DNA of 64,000 bases from Deltaproteobacteria bacterium. GTDB lineage: Bacteria; Myxococcota_A; Polyangia; Fen-1088. The DNA is taken from assembly GCA_033763315.1 (NCBI GenBank), contig JANRKS010000035.1, forward strand, positions 96,001 through 160,000, read 5' to 3'. How positions within the stretch are numbered: position 1 is the stretch's first letter; every line of letters starts with the position of its first letter. This document shows positions 1 through 9,656 of the stretch, one piece after another. Under the pieces are notes generated by a model. That model was not told the origin of the DNA. It did no database searches and was given only the letters and a program-made list of their open reading frames with translations. The position numbers and the translations under genes were made by a program.

Positions 1-1
1 C

Positions 2-2557
2 GGCCGCAACGGCCTCAAGCTCTGTTTGGGTGAGAACGCGTTTGTAGATGCGAACATCGTCGATGAGGCCGCGGAAGTGGCTCTTGCCCGTGGTGCCGCT
101 GTCGTCGTCCTCCGCACCAATGTAAATATCACCGGTGCTGGGATTGCTTCCGGGGGTATAGGTGCGCGTGTCAACCTTTGCCACGGGCGTCGCGCCAACC
201 TTTTTCCACACATCGACAACACCAGCATTTACTGTGGTGGCGGCGAACGTCCACTGACCGTTCGTAACCGCCACAGTATCGTAAGCGCCCGTGCTGTTTT
301 CGGGGTTGCTCATGATTTTTTGGCCGGACATCTCAATGCCAAGGCCGTAATCCTCAGCCCAGGAGCCGTCGCGCTGCCGGTTTACAAGCCAGGTGGCGTA
401 GGTCGCCGTTGACACCGCGGTTTGGTTGAACCAAGCGGTGATCGTGTAGGGCCCCGGATCCACGTCGGCGTTTCCACCCTGAGGCATAGGAATTTGGAAG
501 TGCTGGGCGCCCGAGAGGCTTGCCGCTTGCCCATACTTGCCGGCCGCATACGAGGGGCCTCCGTAGGCCGTTGCGTTGTTTCCTGCCCCCGAACTGTCGG
601 CGCCGTTGTTCTCAAAGTCGAGTCGCAAAACGAGGTCCGGCTCGGCCTTGCCTCCCACGAGCTGAGAGATCTCGGAAGCGGAGAGAACTGTGTTGTAAAG
701 CCGCACGTCATCGACCGCACCTTGGAACTTGTTCCCGCCCGTCGGGTCGTTGGCACCAATCGTCAAGACGCCACTTGATGCCGCAATGCTGCCTGCCGAA
801 GCCGTGCTCGTTCCATCGAGGACGCCGTCGATGTAGGCCTTGATCTGACCCGTTGACCCATCCCACGTAACGGCCAAATGGTGCCAGGTTCCGAATGAAG
901 GCGAAGCTGTGCACCTCATGGCGAGTCCGCCGGAGCTATCCACCTGGCCGCACAGTGTTCCTGAAGGTCCCATTAACAATCGATATCCGATGCCGCCAGA
1001 TAGCTCTCTCGCCACCAGCATTTCATCGGCAGCAAGCGCGGGCGAGGCTGGCCGTTTGAACCACGCCGTCATCGTCAGTTTGGTCGAGGCTTTGTCCAAT
1101 ACGTTCGAGGTGTTTGCCACCTCGATGCTGCCACCGGTTGAACGGTCCGCAGCCTGGTTGGTGTACCCCGCCACGTAGACCGGGCTCGCAAACGTGGCGT
1201 CCGCACCGTTGCCTGAACTGTCAGACGTATTGCCGTCGAACGCCCAATGCCCGAAAAGGCCCGTCGACGCCGTGGTTGTTTCCGCTTGAAAGATGCTTTG
1301 AACCTCGGCGTCAGTCAGCGCGGTGTTGTAGACGCGCGTGTTGTCGACTTGCCCGCCCGTGGGATTAAAGTAGTTGGGTCCTGGGCCCTGGCAAACCACC
1401 AACTCCTTGGTTGCAGCCGATATGGTTTGGCTTGCAGCCTGTGTTCCCACCAAGTTGCCGTTGACGTAGAACTTAGCCTCCGAACCATTCCAAGTTGCCG
1501 CGATATGTGTCCATGTATCGGGTTGAATCGCGGCCCCAGAAACGCGAGGCCAGGTTCCGAAGTTGCCGCCCAGGATGAGACCAAAGGTATTGTCGCTCCA
1601 CAGCGTTAGCTCATAACCGCCGGGCCACGACATGATTTTTTGATCCCCCGTTCCGCTACGCCGGTACCAAGTGCTCATCGTAACGGTGTTTCCCAACTGC
1701 ACGTTGGACCAAACCCGCGTGAAACCCTGGCCGCTGCAATCCAGCGCCGAACCTGTAGAGCCGTAGCCCGCCGCACGTTTGGCGCCTCCGCCAGCGAACG
1801 CACCGGTCTGATCGCCTCCAGCATGGTCGACGACCGTGACTGTGCCCGCAGGTTCATCGTACTTGTAGTGGATCAGCAAACCTGTTGTTGGTGGCCCCGC
1901 GGGTGGCGCCGCCGCTTGGCAGTCACCATCCGTGGTGCACGCTTGCGTTGGTTTGTCCGAACAGTACCGAGTGGCGCATGAACTGCCTGGGTTATTGCAA
2001 ACGGCGTTGGTATCTGAGCAACGTCCTGCGGGCTGACACGGCTGAATCGACGAACAATAGAGGCCGCTGATCTTGCATGTGCTGCCCTGCGGCCCGCAGT
2101 CGGCGTTGTATTGGCAAGGTTTGCCCGTGGCCGTACACACGCTGTTGACCGACGGGCAGTCAAAGTCCTGCAAGCAAGGATCGCCACCAAACTTGCAGTT
2201 ACCCACGCGGCATTGAGCGTCGTTTGAGCAAAGCCTTGGTTCGTTGCTCAAGGGGTGTTTCGAGATCAAACATTGCCCGGTTTGCGTGACCTCGCGACAG
2301 TCTTCACCAAGGTCACAGTCAACACCCAATTCGGTGGCCGCATCAAAGGGCTCACCCGGCACACCCGTCATCGAGCCGGAGGTGTCCAAGACAACCAGCA
2401 TGTTGCCCTTCTTCACCTGTCTAGTAATCATGTGAAGCGGGCTCACCTTCGCTTCCGCCTCGGGGATGCCCCGCACACCGGGCCAGGGAAATAGGCTCAA
2501 ATAAAAGCTGAGCGCAATGGCATGCGCAATGAACTTTCGGTGGGCGAGAACCCGCAT
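2..2557 (-). CDS. Large secreted vWA(MIDAS)/Cys-rich/3x LamG protein, PilY1-like adhesin (3' end runs off the window)
   Basis: Not in the ORF track because there is no stop inside the window. Manual translation from ATG 2557 gives signal peptide MRVLAHRKFIAHAIALSFYLSLFPWPGVRGIPEAEA, then NMLVVLDTSGSM (DxSxS MIDAS), a Cys-rich block and three LamG domains ending VDNTRVYNTALT, VDDVRLYNTVLS and IDDVRIYKRVLT. An alternative in-frame ATG is at 2590. Confidence 0.8.
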   Translation of the reverse strand, partial: MRVLAHRKFIAHAIALSFYLSLFPWPGVRGIPEAEAKVSPLHMITRQVKKGNMLVVLDTSGSMTGVPGEPFDAATELGVDCDLGEDCREVTQTGQCLISKHPLSNEPRLCSNDAQCRVGNCKFGGDPCLQDFDCPSVNSVCTATGKPCQYNADCGPQGSTCKISGLYCSSIQPCQPAGRCSDTNAVCNNPGSSCATRYCSDKPTQACTTDGDCQAAAPPAGPPTTGLLIHYKYDEPAGTVTVVDHAGGDQTGAFAGGGAKRAAGYGSTGSALDCSGQGFTRVWSNVQLGNTVTMSTWYRRSGTGDQKIMSWPGGYELTLWSDNTFGLILGGNFGTWPRVSGAAIQPDTWTHIAATWNGSEAKFYVNGNLVGTQAASQTISAATKELVVCQGPGPNYFNPTGGQVDNTRVYNTALTDAEVQSIFQAETTTASTGLFGHWAFDGNTSDSSGNGADATFASPVYVAGYTNQAADRSTGGSIEVANTSNVLDKASTKLTMTAWFKRPASPALAADEMLVARELSGGIGYRLLMGPSGTLCGQVDSSGGLAMRCTASPSFGTWHHLAVTWDGSTGQIKAYIDGVLDGTSTASAGSIAASSGVLTIGANDPTGGNKFQGAVDDVRLYNTVLSASEISQLVGGKAEPDLVLRLDFENNGADSSGAGNNATAYGGPSYAAGKYGQAASLSGAQHFQIPMPQGGNADVDPGPYTITAWFNQTAVSTATYATWLVNRQRDGSWAEDYGLGIEMSGQKIMSNPENSTGAYDTVAVTNGQWTFAATTVNAGVVDVWKKVGATPVAKVDTRTYTPGSNPSTGDIYIGAEDDDSGTTGKSHFRGLIDDVRIYKRVLTQTELEAVAA

Positions 2558-2569
2558 GCCTCCCCACGC

Positions 2570-2585
2570 TGCAACGAGTGTACCG
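2570..2585 (-). promoter_or_regulatory. Putative sigma54 (-24/-12) promoter
   Basis: The minus strand reads CGGTACACTCGTTGCA, i.e. GG-N10-GC, close to the consensus TGGCAC-N5-TTGCW, directly upstream of the vWA-LamG gene. Confidence 0.5.
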
Positions 2586-2636
2586 AGCATGTTTTTGAAT
2601 GATTCACGAAGGTTGGGGGCGGACCTAAACCACAAC

Positions 2637-2655
2637 AGTGACAAAATTTGTCACT
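2637..2655. promoter_or_regulatory. Perfect palindrome, candidate activator (enhancer-binding protein) site
   Basis: AGTGACAAA-A-TTTGTCACT, 9-bp arms, about 50-70 bp upstream of the sigma54-like box. Confidence 0.5.
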
Positions 2656-2764
2656 AACCTCGTCACCACCCCGCAAAAGCTCTCATACGCGGATGTAATT
2701 CAATGCTTACATCACCCTAAGGGCGGCTAGCCGATTCGATAGCTGGGAGACACTGCCATTCGCC

Positions 2765-5700
2765 TTACCTTGGGCGCTTGCGGGTTCGACGGCGCCACAC
2801 AAGGCCGATCAGCATCAACCACATCCAGGAGCCCGGCACATCTGCTTTGCCGTTTGCGTGGCTCACGTCGCATGCACAGCCGCCACCACCCACACGCAGG
2901 GTTTGATCCCTTGGGTCAGCATCAACCTCGCCGTTCCCACCTGCACCAGAATCAAGCAGCGTTTGCGCATCTGCGTCCGAACCAGGACCACCATCTGCCA
3001 AAGCGCCGCCATCCTCAAGCCCACCCGCATCGAGACCGCCATCGCCGACGCCTGCGTCGCCGACGATCGGAACCACGCATTGACCATTCGTGCATGCGCC
3101 TTGGCGGCACAAATCCGTGGCTGTGCAAGCTTCGCCCGCAGGTATGCCACAGCGGCCATCGGCGAAGCATTTATTGGTGCGGCATTCGTTGTCGGCCACG
3201 CACGACTCGCCGTTGGGCAAACCGCAGATCTTGTCAGACGCGCACACGTTCCCGCGGCATTGTCCATTGCCGGCACAAGCTTGACCGTTGGGCGTGCCGC
3301 AGACACCATCCGCAAAGCAAACACCCGCGCGGCACACGGTGGCATTCATGCAGGCTTGCCCGTTGGGTAAGCCGCACAAGCCACCATCGCCACAAACGGC
3401 CGTGCGACATACGACCGCAGAAGCGCACGGTTGGCCATTCGGCAAGCCGCACTTGTCATCGGCTTCGTCACACGCGCCGCTTATACACACGCGGCCAGCG
3501 GTGCTCGCCATGCACATGCCGCCAAACGGTTGTGAAGCAGGGTAAGCGATGTCGTTCGCCAATTTTGGCGTGCAAGAGCCCTGAAAACCTGAACCCGCGG
3601 GATTGTCGCAGTATTCAGAGGCGGAGCAGTTCGCATCGACCGAACAAGCGGAGCCACAAGCCCCAGACGTTGAGTTGCAGATCGTTCCGCTGTGGTTCCC
3701 GACGCTGCAGTCACTGTTGCCTGTGCAGGCACCGCACGATCCATCGCCTTTACAAAACGGAGTCGATGACGAGCACACATGCGTTGCACCCGATCCGTCG
3801 TCTCCGTTGCAAGCCACACACACGGCGGCGCCCACATCACAAACCGGCGTGAGGCCACCGCACGCTTGTTTGTTGTTGCTTGTGCACGTCACACAAAGAT
3901 TTGAAGTGCCACTGCACGCCGGGGTGGCGCCGCTGCAATCGCTATCGGTGTTGCAGTCAAGGCATGTGCCCGCGTTTGCTCCGTTGGAAACACACACGCC
4001 CACGCGGCACTGCGGGCTGGCCGTGCAGGTTGAATTGCCTGTGGGCAAGCCGCACAAGCCATCGGCAACGGCGCAAACACCCGTGGCGCACGCGCGCGCT
4101 GCCACGGCACCGTCACACACCCCGCCAGGAACCGCTTGGCCATTTGGCACCTTGGGTTGGCAAGCGCCGCTGTTGCACCAGTTGCCACTGCCACATTGTG
4201 CATCTGCCACACAAACGCTTGAGCAACCTGAAGGCGCACAAAACGGCGACGCCATGCCACAGGCGAGATTTGCCCCGCTACCGAAATCGCCATTACAAGC
4301 CACGCACACACCCAGGCCCGCGTTGCAAATCGGCGTGCTGCCTCCGCAATCAGAGGACGAAAGGCATTGCAAGCATTCCCCCGCCAATGATGAGCCTGAG
4401 GCCGCACAGAACGGCGTGGCTGAAAGCGGGCAAGATAGCGGCGCGCCGCTGCTGAAGTTGCCATCACAGGCCGCACAAATGTTGCGTGCACCGCGCGTGT
4501 CACACGAAGGTGAAGCGCCCGTACAAGCCGCAAACTCGCTGGCCGTGCACGCTCCGCAAAGACGCTTGCCGAAATCACAAACGGCACCGTTGGCGTTGCC
4601 CGCGCAGTGGCCGTTGCTTCGGCACTCCACGCACAACCCAGCATTGCTGCCCGATGTTTCACAGGCGGGGGCCGCGTTTGTGCAAAGGCGCGTGCCTGCG
4701 GCACCTGCATCGCCATTGCACCCAGCGCACACGTTGTGCGTGACAGACGTGTCGCAGAACGCGGTGGTGCCTGTGCATGAAGCGCTTTGCGAAGCTGAGC
4801 ACACCCCACAACGGCTTTTCTCTGTATCGCAGATGGGGCCGTTGATGTTGGCGCCACAGTCGGCATCGCTGTTACATTCGCCACAGGCACCTGCATTGGG
4901 TCCGCCGGATACGCACACGGGCGCCCCTGATAGGGGGCAAGCTCCCGCGCCACCACCAAAGCTGGCGCTGCAGGCGCCGCAGGTGTTGCCGTTGAGATTG
5001 CAGACGGATGCCGCGCCACCGGGACATTCGGTGCTCGCCACACAACCTCCGCAAAGGCCCGCCGCAAGATTGGCCGCTGAACATGAAACACCGGCAAACG
5101 CTGCGCCCACGATCGTCACCACACCTGTCGAGGTCACGTCGTCCACGCTGGTGGGCGTTGCACCCCAGGCGTTTGTGCCATTCCACACGCCCGCCAGGCC
5201 TGCTTTCGCCGAGGCAGGGCAAGCGGCAGCGCCTGACTCGATGTAAATGCGCCCACCACCGCCGCCACCACCCGTTCCGTGAGCGTCCGAGGCAGCGGTC
5301 GTGCCGTATTGAACGTCACCACCACCGCCGCCGTTGGCCTCCAGGCCACCGCAGGCCAAGGCGCCCGCCACACGGATGATCAACGCACCACCAGCACCAC
5401 CACCACCGGCGGCATCGTTGGCGGTGGGGCCATTGTTGCGCAGCGGTTTGGCACCGTTGGCACGCACAAATCCTGCGCCCCCCAGCGTTGCCGCTCGAAT
5501 CAACACCACACCACCACCCACGCCACCCGGCGATCCCACGCTGTTGTTTTGGTCACCCGCACCGCCACCACCACCGAACGCGAACGCCAACGTTGGATCG
5601 TAGGCAAGCGCTGCCCCGCCGTAGCCGCCAAGATCGCGTCCGCCGCCATCGCCCGCCCACGTTCTTCCGCCCCCGCCGCCGCGTCCTGCATGTGCACCAC

Positions 5701-6514
5701 CACCACCGCCCGAGTTGTGACACACGCCACCGCCACCACCATTGGCCACGTTTGTGCGGCCGCCGGCGGTGGTGTTGAAGGCACTTGGCACGAGGCCCTC
5801 GCCTTTCGCAGAGTAGCCATTGGCAGGAGTGTTATCGTTTGGCAACCCCATGGTCGCGGCATTGCAGTTGTTGAGAGCCCCGTGGTTCACCAACACGCCA
5901 CCGCGGAAGCCAGCGGCATTCGCCGAGATGACACCATCGTTCGTCACACCACCGTTGGCGAAGAAAGCCACCACGCCACCTTTGATTCCGTCCCAAAGTT
6001 GCCCGGGCACGATCGAGCCCGTTGCCGATACTGTGACGGTCGTGTACTCAGGCACGCGGATCACTTGTGAGGTGCCGGCCGCGTATGCTTTGACCGTCGG
6101 CAATGTGAGCTCCAAAGTGCCGGTCATCACGTTCACACTTTCCACACGCGCAAACTCGTAGTGGCCGACCGATGTGGTGGCCAAATCCAAGGTGGCTTGT
6201 GAGCCGCGCGGGGCATCCGTGGTCGTAAGACCAGTGGTCTGCCACAAGAGCACTAGGTTCCCTGCAGAAAAGCCCGCCACTGAATCCACCGTTATCGACG
6301 TCACGCCAGCGGCGGCAGTCGCACTGACCGCCGCATAGATATTGATCGTTGTGTCGGCCGTGGTGACACTCAACGCACCGTCGCGACCGGTCCCTAAGCC
6401 AAACGAATCGGCTTCGGCGCGAGCCATCCCTGTCGTCCCGAGTGTGAACGCAGCACTGAGAATCAGCAGTTGGACGAGTTTGAGCGCGTTGTTGCCAAGG
6501 CTGTGCTTTTTCAT
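2765..6514 (-). CDS. AgmC-type head + Cys-rich repeat stalk + MYXO-CTERM cell-surface protein (TraA-like architecture)
   Basis: Start trimmed to ATG 6514 (GAGG RBS; signal peptide ending MARA). The mature N-terminus EADSFGLGTGRDGALSV, motif QVIRVPEYT and Gly-rich segments resemble the AgmC N-domain. About 670 aa of Cys repeats follow, then GGGCAC + hydrophobic helix + RRR tail. Confidence 0.8.
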   Translation of the reverse strand: MKKHSLGNNALKLVQLLILSAAFTLGTTGMARAEADSFGLGTGRDGALSVTTADTTINIYAAVSATAAAGVTSITVDSVAGFSAGNLVLLWQTTGLTTTDAPRGSQATLDLATTSVGHYEFARVESVNVMTGTLELTLPTVKAYAAGTSQVIRVPEYTTVTVSATGSIVPGQLWDGIKGGVVAFFANGGVTNDGVISANAAGFRGGVLVNHGALNNCNAATMGLPNDNTPANGYSAKGEGLVPSAFNTTAGGRTNVANGGGGGVCHNSGGGGGAHAGRGGGGGRTWAGDGGGRDLGGYGGAALAYDPTLAFAFGGGGGAGDQNNSVGSPGGVGGGVVLIRAATLGGAGFVRANGAKPLRNNGPTANDAAGGGGAGGALIIRVAGALACGGLEANGGGGGDVQYGTTAASDAHGTGGGGGGGRIYIESGAAACPASAKAGLAGVWNGTNAWGATPTSVDDVTSTGVVTIVGAAFAGVSCSAANLAAGLCGGCVASTECPGGAASVCNLNGNTCGACSASFGGGAGACPLSGAPVCVSGGPNAGACGECNSDADCGANINGPICDTEKSRCGVCSASQSASCTGTTAFCDTSVTHNVCAGCNGDAGAAGTRLCTNAAPACETSGSNAGLCVECRSNGHCAGNANGAVCDFGKRLCGACTASEFAACTGASPSCDTRGARNICAACDGNFSSGAPLSCPLSATPFCAASGSSLAGECLQCLSSSDCGGSTPICNAGLGVCVACNGDFGSGANLACGMASPFCAPSGCSSVCVADAQCGSGNWCNSGACQPKVPNGQAVPGGVCDGAVAARACATGVCAVADGLCGLPTGNSTCTASPQCRVGVCVSNGANAGTCLDCNTDSDCSGATPACSGTSNLCVTCTSNNKQACGGLTPVCDVGAAVCVACNGDDGSGATHVCSSSTPFCKGDGSCGACTGNSDCSVGNHSGTICNSTSGACGSACSVDANCSASEYCDNPAGSGFQGSCTPKLANDIAYPASQPFGGMCMASTAGRVCISGACDEADDKCGLPNGQPCASAVVCRTAVCGDGGLCGLPNGQACMNATVCRAGVCFADGVCGTPNGQACAGNGQCRGNVCASDKICGLPNGESCVADNECRTNKCFADGRCGIPAGEACTATDLCRQGACTNGQCVVPIVGDAGVGDGGLDAGGLEDGGALADGGPGSDADAQTLLDSGAGGNGEVDADPRDQTLRVGGGGCACDVSHANGKADVPGSWMWLMLIGLVWRRRTRKRPR

Positions 6515-6515
6515 T

Positions 6516-8249
6516 TTATGGTTCCTCGTTCGACTCGATGACAAATTCAACCCTGCGGTTGGCAGCGCGTCCCTTTGACGTCGCGTTCGTTTCGATCGGA
6601 CGCGATTCGCCATAGCCTTGTGCCGATAGGCGTGCTTCGCTGACGCCGGCTTTGACGAGGAAGGCGCGCACGGATTCGGCACGCGCTTGCGACAGGCGCA
6701 TATTCTTCTCGTCGTTTCCCTGCGAATCGGTGTGCCCTTCAACGCGAACCTTGCGTACCTCGGGGTGCTCTAACAGGACGCTGGCGATCTGCGACAGGAG
6801 CAAGAATGAACGCTTCTTGATCGTGGCCTTGCCCGTGTTGAAGTACACCATGTCCAAGATAACGAGCTTGTCTTTTGTGATGCGCACCAGCTGCCGGTTC
6901 TGCTTGGGGCAACCTTGGTTTTCCGCGGGACCGGGCTCATCAATACAGTTGTCGACGTCGTCCATGACGGTGTCGCCGTCTTTGTCTTTCGCGGGGCACC
7001 CCAAGCGTTCCTTCGGACCGGCTTCTTGGGGACATTGATCATCCGGATCAAGAACGCCGTCGTGGTCTTCATCGGGCGGCGGACAACCCGCGAAGGCCTT
7101 GTCGCCTGGCACCAGCGGGCACTTGTCGTCCCCATCCAAAACGGCGTCTTTGTCGTTATCGGGATCGACGCAGCCATCGTCGTCCTCGAACGCATCTTTG
7201 TCTTCGGGTACAAGGGGGCATTTGTCTAGGCGATTGATGATGGCATCGCCGTCGGCGTCGTTGTTGGGACAGCGGTCCACGGGCGCTGTCGGGCTCACGC
7301 ATGGGTCAACCAGCACAGGCGGTGGCGGTTCATCAGGTACAACCGCGGCTGGCTCCGCCGGCTTGAACGCGAGGCCCGCCAAGACGCGAAAGGCGGGACT
7401 GCCCACCGGTTGGCCAAAGCCCGGGCCGCCAAGCGCAAAGAGTTCCACATGCTGGCCCGCGGGCACCCGGATGCCAGCCAAAAGTTCCAGGGACTTGCCT
7501 TGTTCCTTGAGCCCCACAAGCCCGCGGCCTGCGAGCTCCAGGCGCACGTTGCCGGTGGTGGCCACGCCGGCCGCAAAGGTCAATTGCCGACCCGAAGCCG
7601 CGTCGGTGCCAATGGCAAACGTTTGCGAAGGCCGCAGCCACAAAGAGACATCGACGCCCAATTCAAACAGGCCCAGGTTCTTGCCTACCCCGACGGTGGC
7701 GCGCACATTGGTCTTGTCATCACGTGCCAGCAAGCGCTTGTTGCCAAGCGGCAGCCCGACGGCGACGCCCACCGCCAGGTCGAACGCATCGGACAAACGC
7801 TCGCTCATCAAAGCCAAACGCAAAGCCACCGAAGGCGAAGCCAGGCCGTTTTGTGCAGCCTTCGCGATGCCCAGGGCGGCAAGGTCGTCGCCATCCTGGC
7901 TCGCAATGTAGGGCAAAGAAAAGCCAAGTTCCAAACGATCTCCCAACGCCACCGCGCCCAGCACATGGGCGCTCGTGCGGTTGCCAACGAGGGAGCCAAC
8001 CTTGTCGTCGCCGCGGTAGAGCACCAGCGGATCCTTTTGGTATTGGCCGGCAAGGGCGAGCCGGAAGGCGCCTGGCGCAAGAATCTTGCCCCCACCCACC
8101 ACCAGCAGCCGTGAAGCGGCCGGCTCAAGCACGAGCTGCTCAAGGTCAAAGGTGGGCAAGGTTTGCGCAGCCGCCGCACCAGGCATGAGGCCGGCGAAGA
8201 GGCACCATAGGGCAAGGGTGCCCAGCCGCTTGTCGTGTTTATGACGCAT
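6516..8249 (-). CDS. OmpA-family outer membrane protein with N-terminal beta-barrel and thrombospondin type-3 repeats (TraB-like architecture)
   Basis: Signal peptide, amphipathic beta strands, DxDGDxxxDxxDxCP repeats, and OmpA C-domain motifs VEGHTD, LSQARA and NRRVEF. Start uncertain (8249, 8258 or 8324). Confidence 0.9.
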   Translation of the reverse strand: MRHKHDKRLGTLALWCLFAGLMPGAAAAQTLPTFDLEQLVLEPAASRLLVVGGGKILAPGAFRLALAGQYQKDPLVLYRGDDKVGSLVGNRTSAHVLGAVALGDRLELGFSLPYIASQDGDDLAALGIAKAAQNGLASPSVALRLALMSERLSDAFDLAVGVAVGLPLGNKRLLARDDKTNVRATVGVGKNLGLFELGVDVSLWLRPSQTFAIGTDAASGRQLTFAAGVATTGNVRLELAGRGLVGLKEQGKSLELLAGIRVPAGQHVELFALGGPGFGQPVGSPAFRVLAGLAFKPAEPAAVVPDEPPPPVLVDPCVSPTAPVDRCPNNDADGDAIINRLDKCPLVPEDKDAFEDDDGCVDPDNDKDAVLDGDDKCPLVPGDKAFAGCPPPDEDHDGVLDPDDQCPQEAGPKERLGCPAKDKDGDTVMDDVDNCIDEPGPAENQGCPKQNRQLVRITKDKLVILDMVYFNTGKATIKKRSFLLLSQIASVLLEHPEVRKVRVEGHTDSQGNDEKNMRLSQARAESVRAFLVKAGVSEARLSAQGYGESRPIETNATSKGRAANRRVEFVIESNEEP

Positions 8250-8348
8250 GATCGCCATACCGAAATCGGCGTTCGCCGCCCAACCTTTAGGCACCGCGCC
8301 ACACGCGCCCTTGATGATCTTCAAAGGCCGCGAGGGCCCGCGCCAGAA

Positions 8349-9575
8349 TCACACGGATGCCGGGACAAACTCCACCAACGTGATCTCCGGAGGGCAGTTG
8401 ATCCGCACAGGCAGCCAGCCGCCCGCACCGGCGTTCACGTAGAGGCGACGTCCATGATGTTCGTAAAGGCCGTTGTGGTAAAAATCGACGGCCAACATGG
8501 GGGTGAGCGCGTAATCGCCGATCCGTCCCAGCTTGATCTGCCCACCGTGAGTGTGCCCCGACAACATCAGATCAATCGGCAGCTCACGCGCCTCCACAAA
8601 AGTGCGCGGGTGGTGGCTTAACACCACGCGGGGCGCGCCATCATCCTTCATATGCGCCAGCACCTGCCGCAGGCTCTCCTGCGTTGATCGTCCCTCCGGG
8701 CGCGCGCGGCCAGGTGGGTGGTCAATGCCCGCCATCCACAGCCGATCGCCGCCAATCACCACATCTTGCACATCGTCGATCAACACGTGCGCCCCCGTGG
8801 CACGCAGGCCTTTGACAACCGAAGCCACATCTGCGGTGCGTGCTGTGATGTACTCGTGGTTGCCCATGCACGCAAACACATCGGCGCGCGTGGGCCGCAG
8901 CGACTTCACAAAGCGTGTGGCAAGTTCCAATTGGCTGATGTCGTTGTCGAGCAGATCGCCTGTGATGACATGCAGATCCGCGCCAAGCGCATTCATCACG
9001 CGCGCCACCTCATCCAGCCTGGCCGCGTCCATGTAGCTACCGACGTGCACGTCACTGACCTGCGCAAGCTTGAGCCCGTGCAAGTTGGTGAGTTCACGCC
9101 GCACAGGCAGCCGCACGTGCGAAACCACCGGCGTTTGACGAGACGCCCAGGCGCCCGCCGCGCTTACGCTCACAGCGCTTGCCGGAATCAATAAGGCCGC
9201 CTGCGAGATAAGTCGGCGTCGATCGGGACGTAACGCAGGCCGGGCGGGGTGAGACTTCATCAGGCGAACACCGCGCATCACCAATCGCACCAAGGCAGCA
9301 AACAGCAACGTTATCAAAGATAACCACGCCGCAAATTGCAACGTCATGGCCACCATCAAAATAGAGGACGGGGACACGCGTCTTAACATCAACAACGCCG
9401 AGCGCCCACCGAAGGCAAGCGCCACTGCTGGATGAAAGACGAGCGCAAAAGCCAGGGGCGACAATAAGCGCAGCCGCTTCGCCCATTTGAGCAGAAGCGT
9501 GGCCACGTGCCTGTGGAAATACAGCCAGACCACCAGGTTTAACAGCACGATAACGATGCCAAGGCCGCGTGACAT
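8349..9575 (-). CDS. Membrane-anchored metallophosphoesterase (YkuE/YaeI family)
   Basis: N-terminal TM helices; calcineurin-like motifs DVHVG, GDLLD, GNHE, SHHP, GHTHGGQ. Confidence 0.9.
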   Translation of the reverse strand: MSRGLGIVIVLLNLVVWLYFHRHVATLLLKWAKRLRLLSPLAFALVFHPAVALAFGGRSALLMLRRVSPSSILMVAMTLQFAAWLSLITLLFAALVRLVMRGVRLMKSHPARPALRPDRRRLISQAALLIPASAVSVSAAGAWASRQTPVVSHVRLPVRRELTNLHGLKLAQVSDVHVGSYMDAARLDEVARVMNALGADLHVITGDLLDNDISQLELATRFVKSLRPTRADVFACMGNHEYITARTADVASVVKGLRATGAHVLIDDVQDVVIGGDRLWMAGIDHPPGRARPEGRSTQESLRQVLAHMKDDGAPRVVLSHHPRTFVEARELPIDLMLSGHTHGGQIKLGRIGDYALTPMLAVDFYHNGLYEHHGRRLYVNAGAGGWLPVRINCPPEITLVEFVPASV

Positions 9576-9656
9576 ATCGCCCTAAGGTTAATCGGTTTTT
9601 ACCGCCCGCGCGGCCCACACCTGTATTCTCCTGCGCCATTCGCCCCAGGTCACGTC

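Noticed and set aside
3075-3455. Periodic DNA repeats as a CRISPR array
   Set aside because: They are degenerate, in-frame coding repeats with no unique spacers or cas genes.
3603-5246. 547-aa plus-strand ORF and other long ORFs over 2770-6070
   Set aside because: Antisense or alternate-frame shadows of the Cys/Gly-rich gene; the Gln/His/Pro-rich composition mirrors Cys/Gly codons.
6515-6742. N-terminal 76 aa of the 1325-aa ORF call
   Set aside because: It overlaps the OmpA gene; the RBS and signal peptide indicate the start at 6514.
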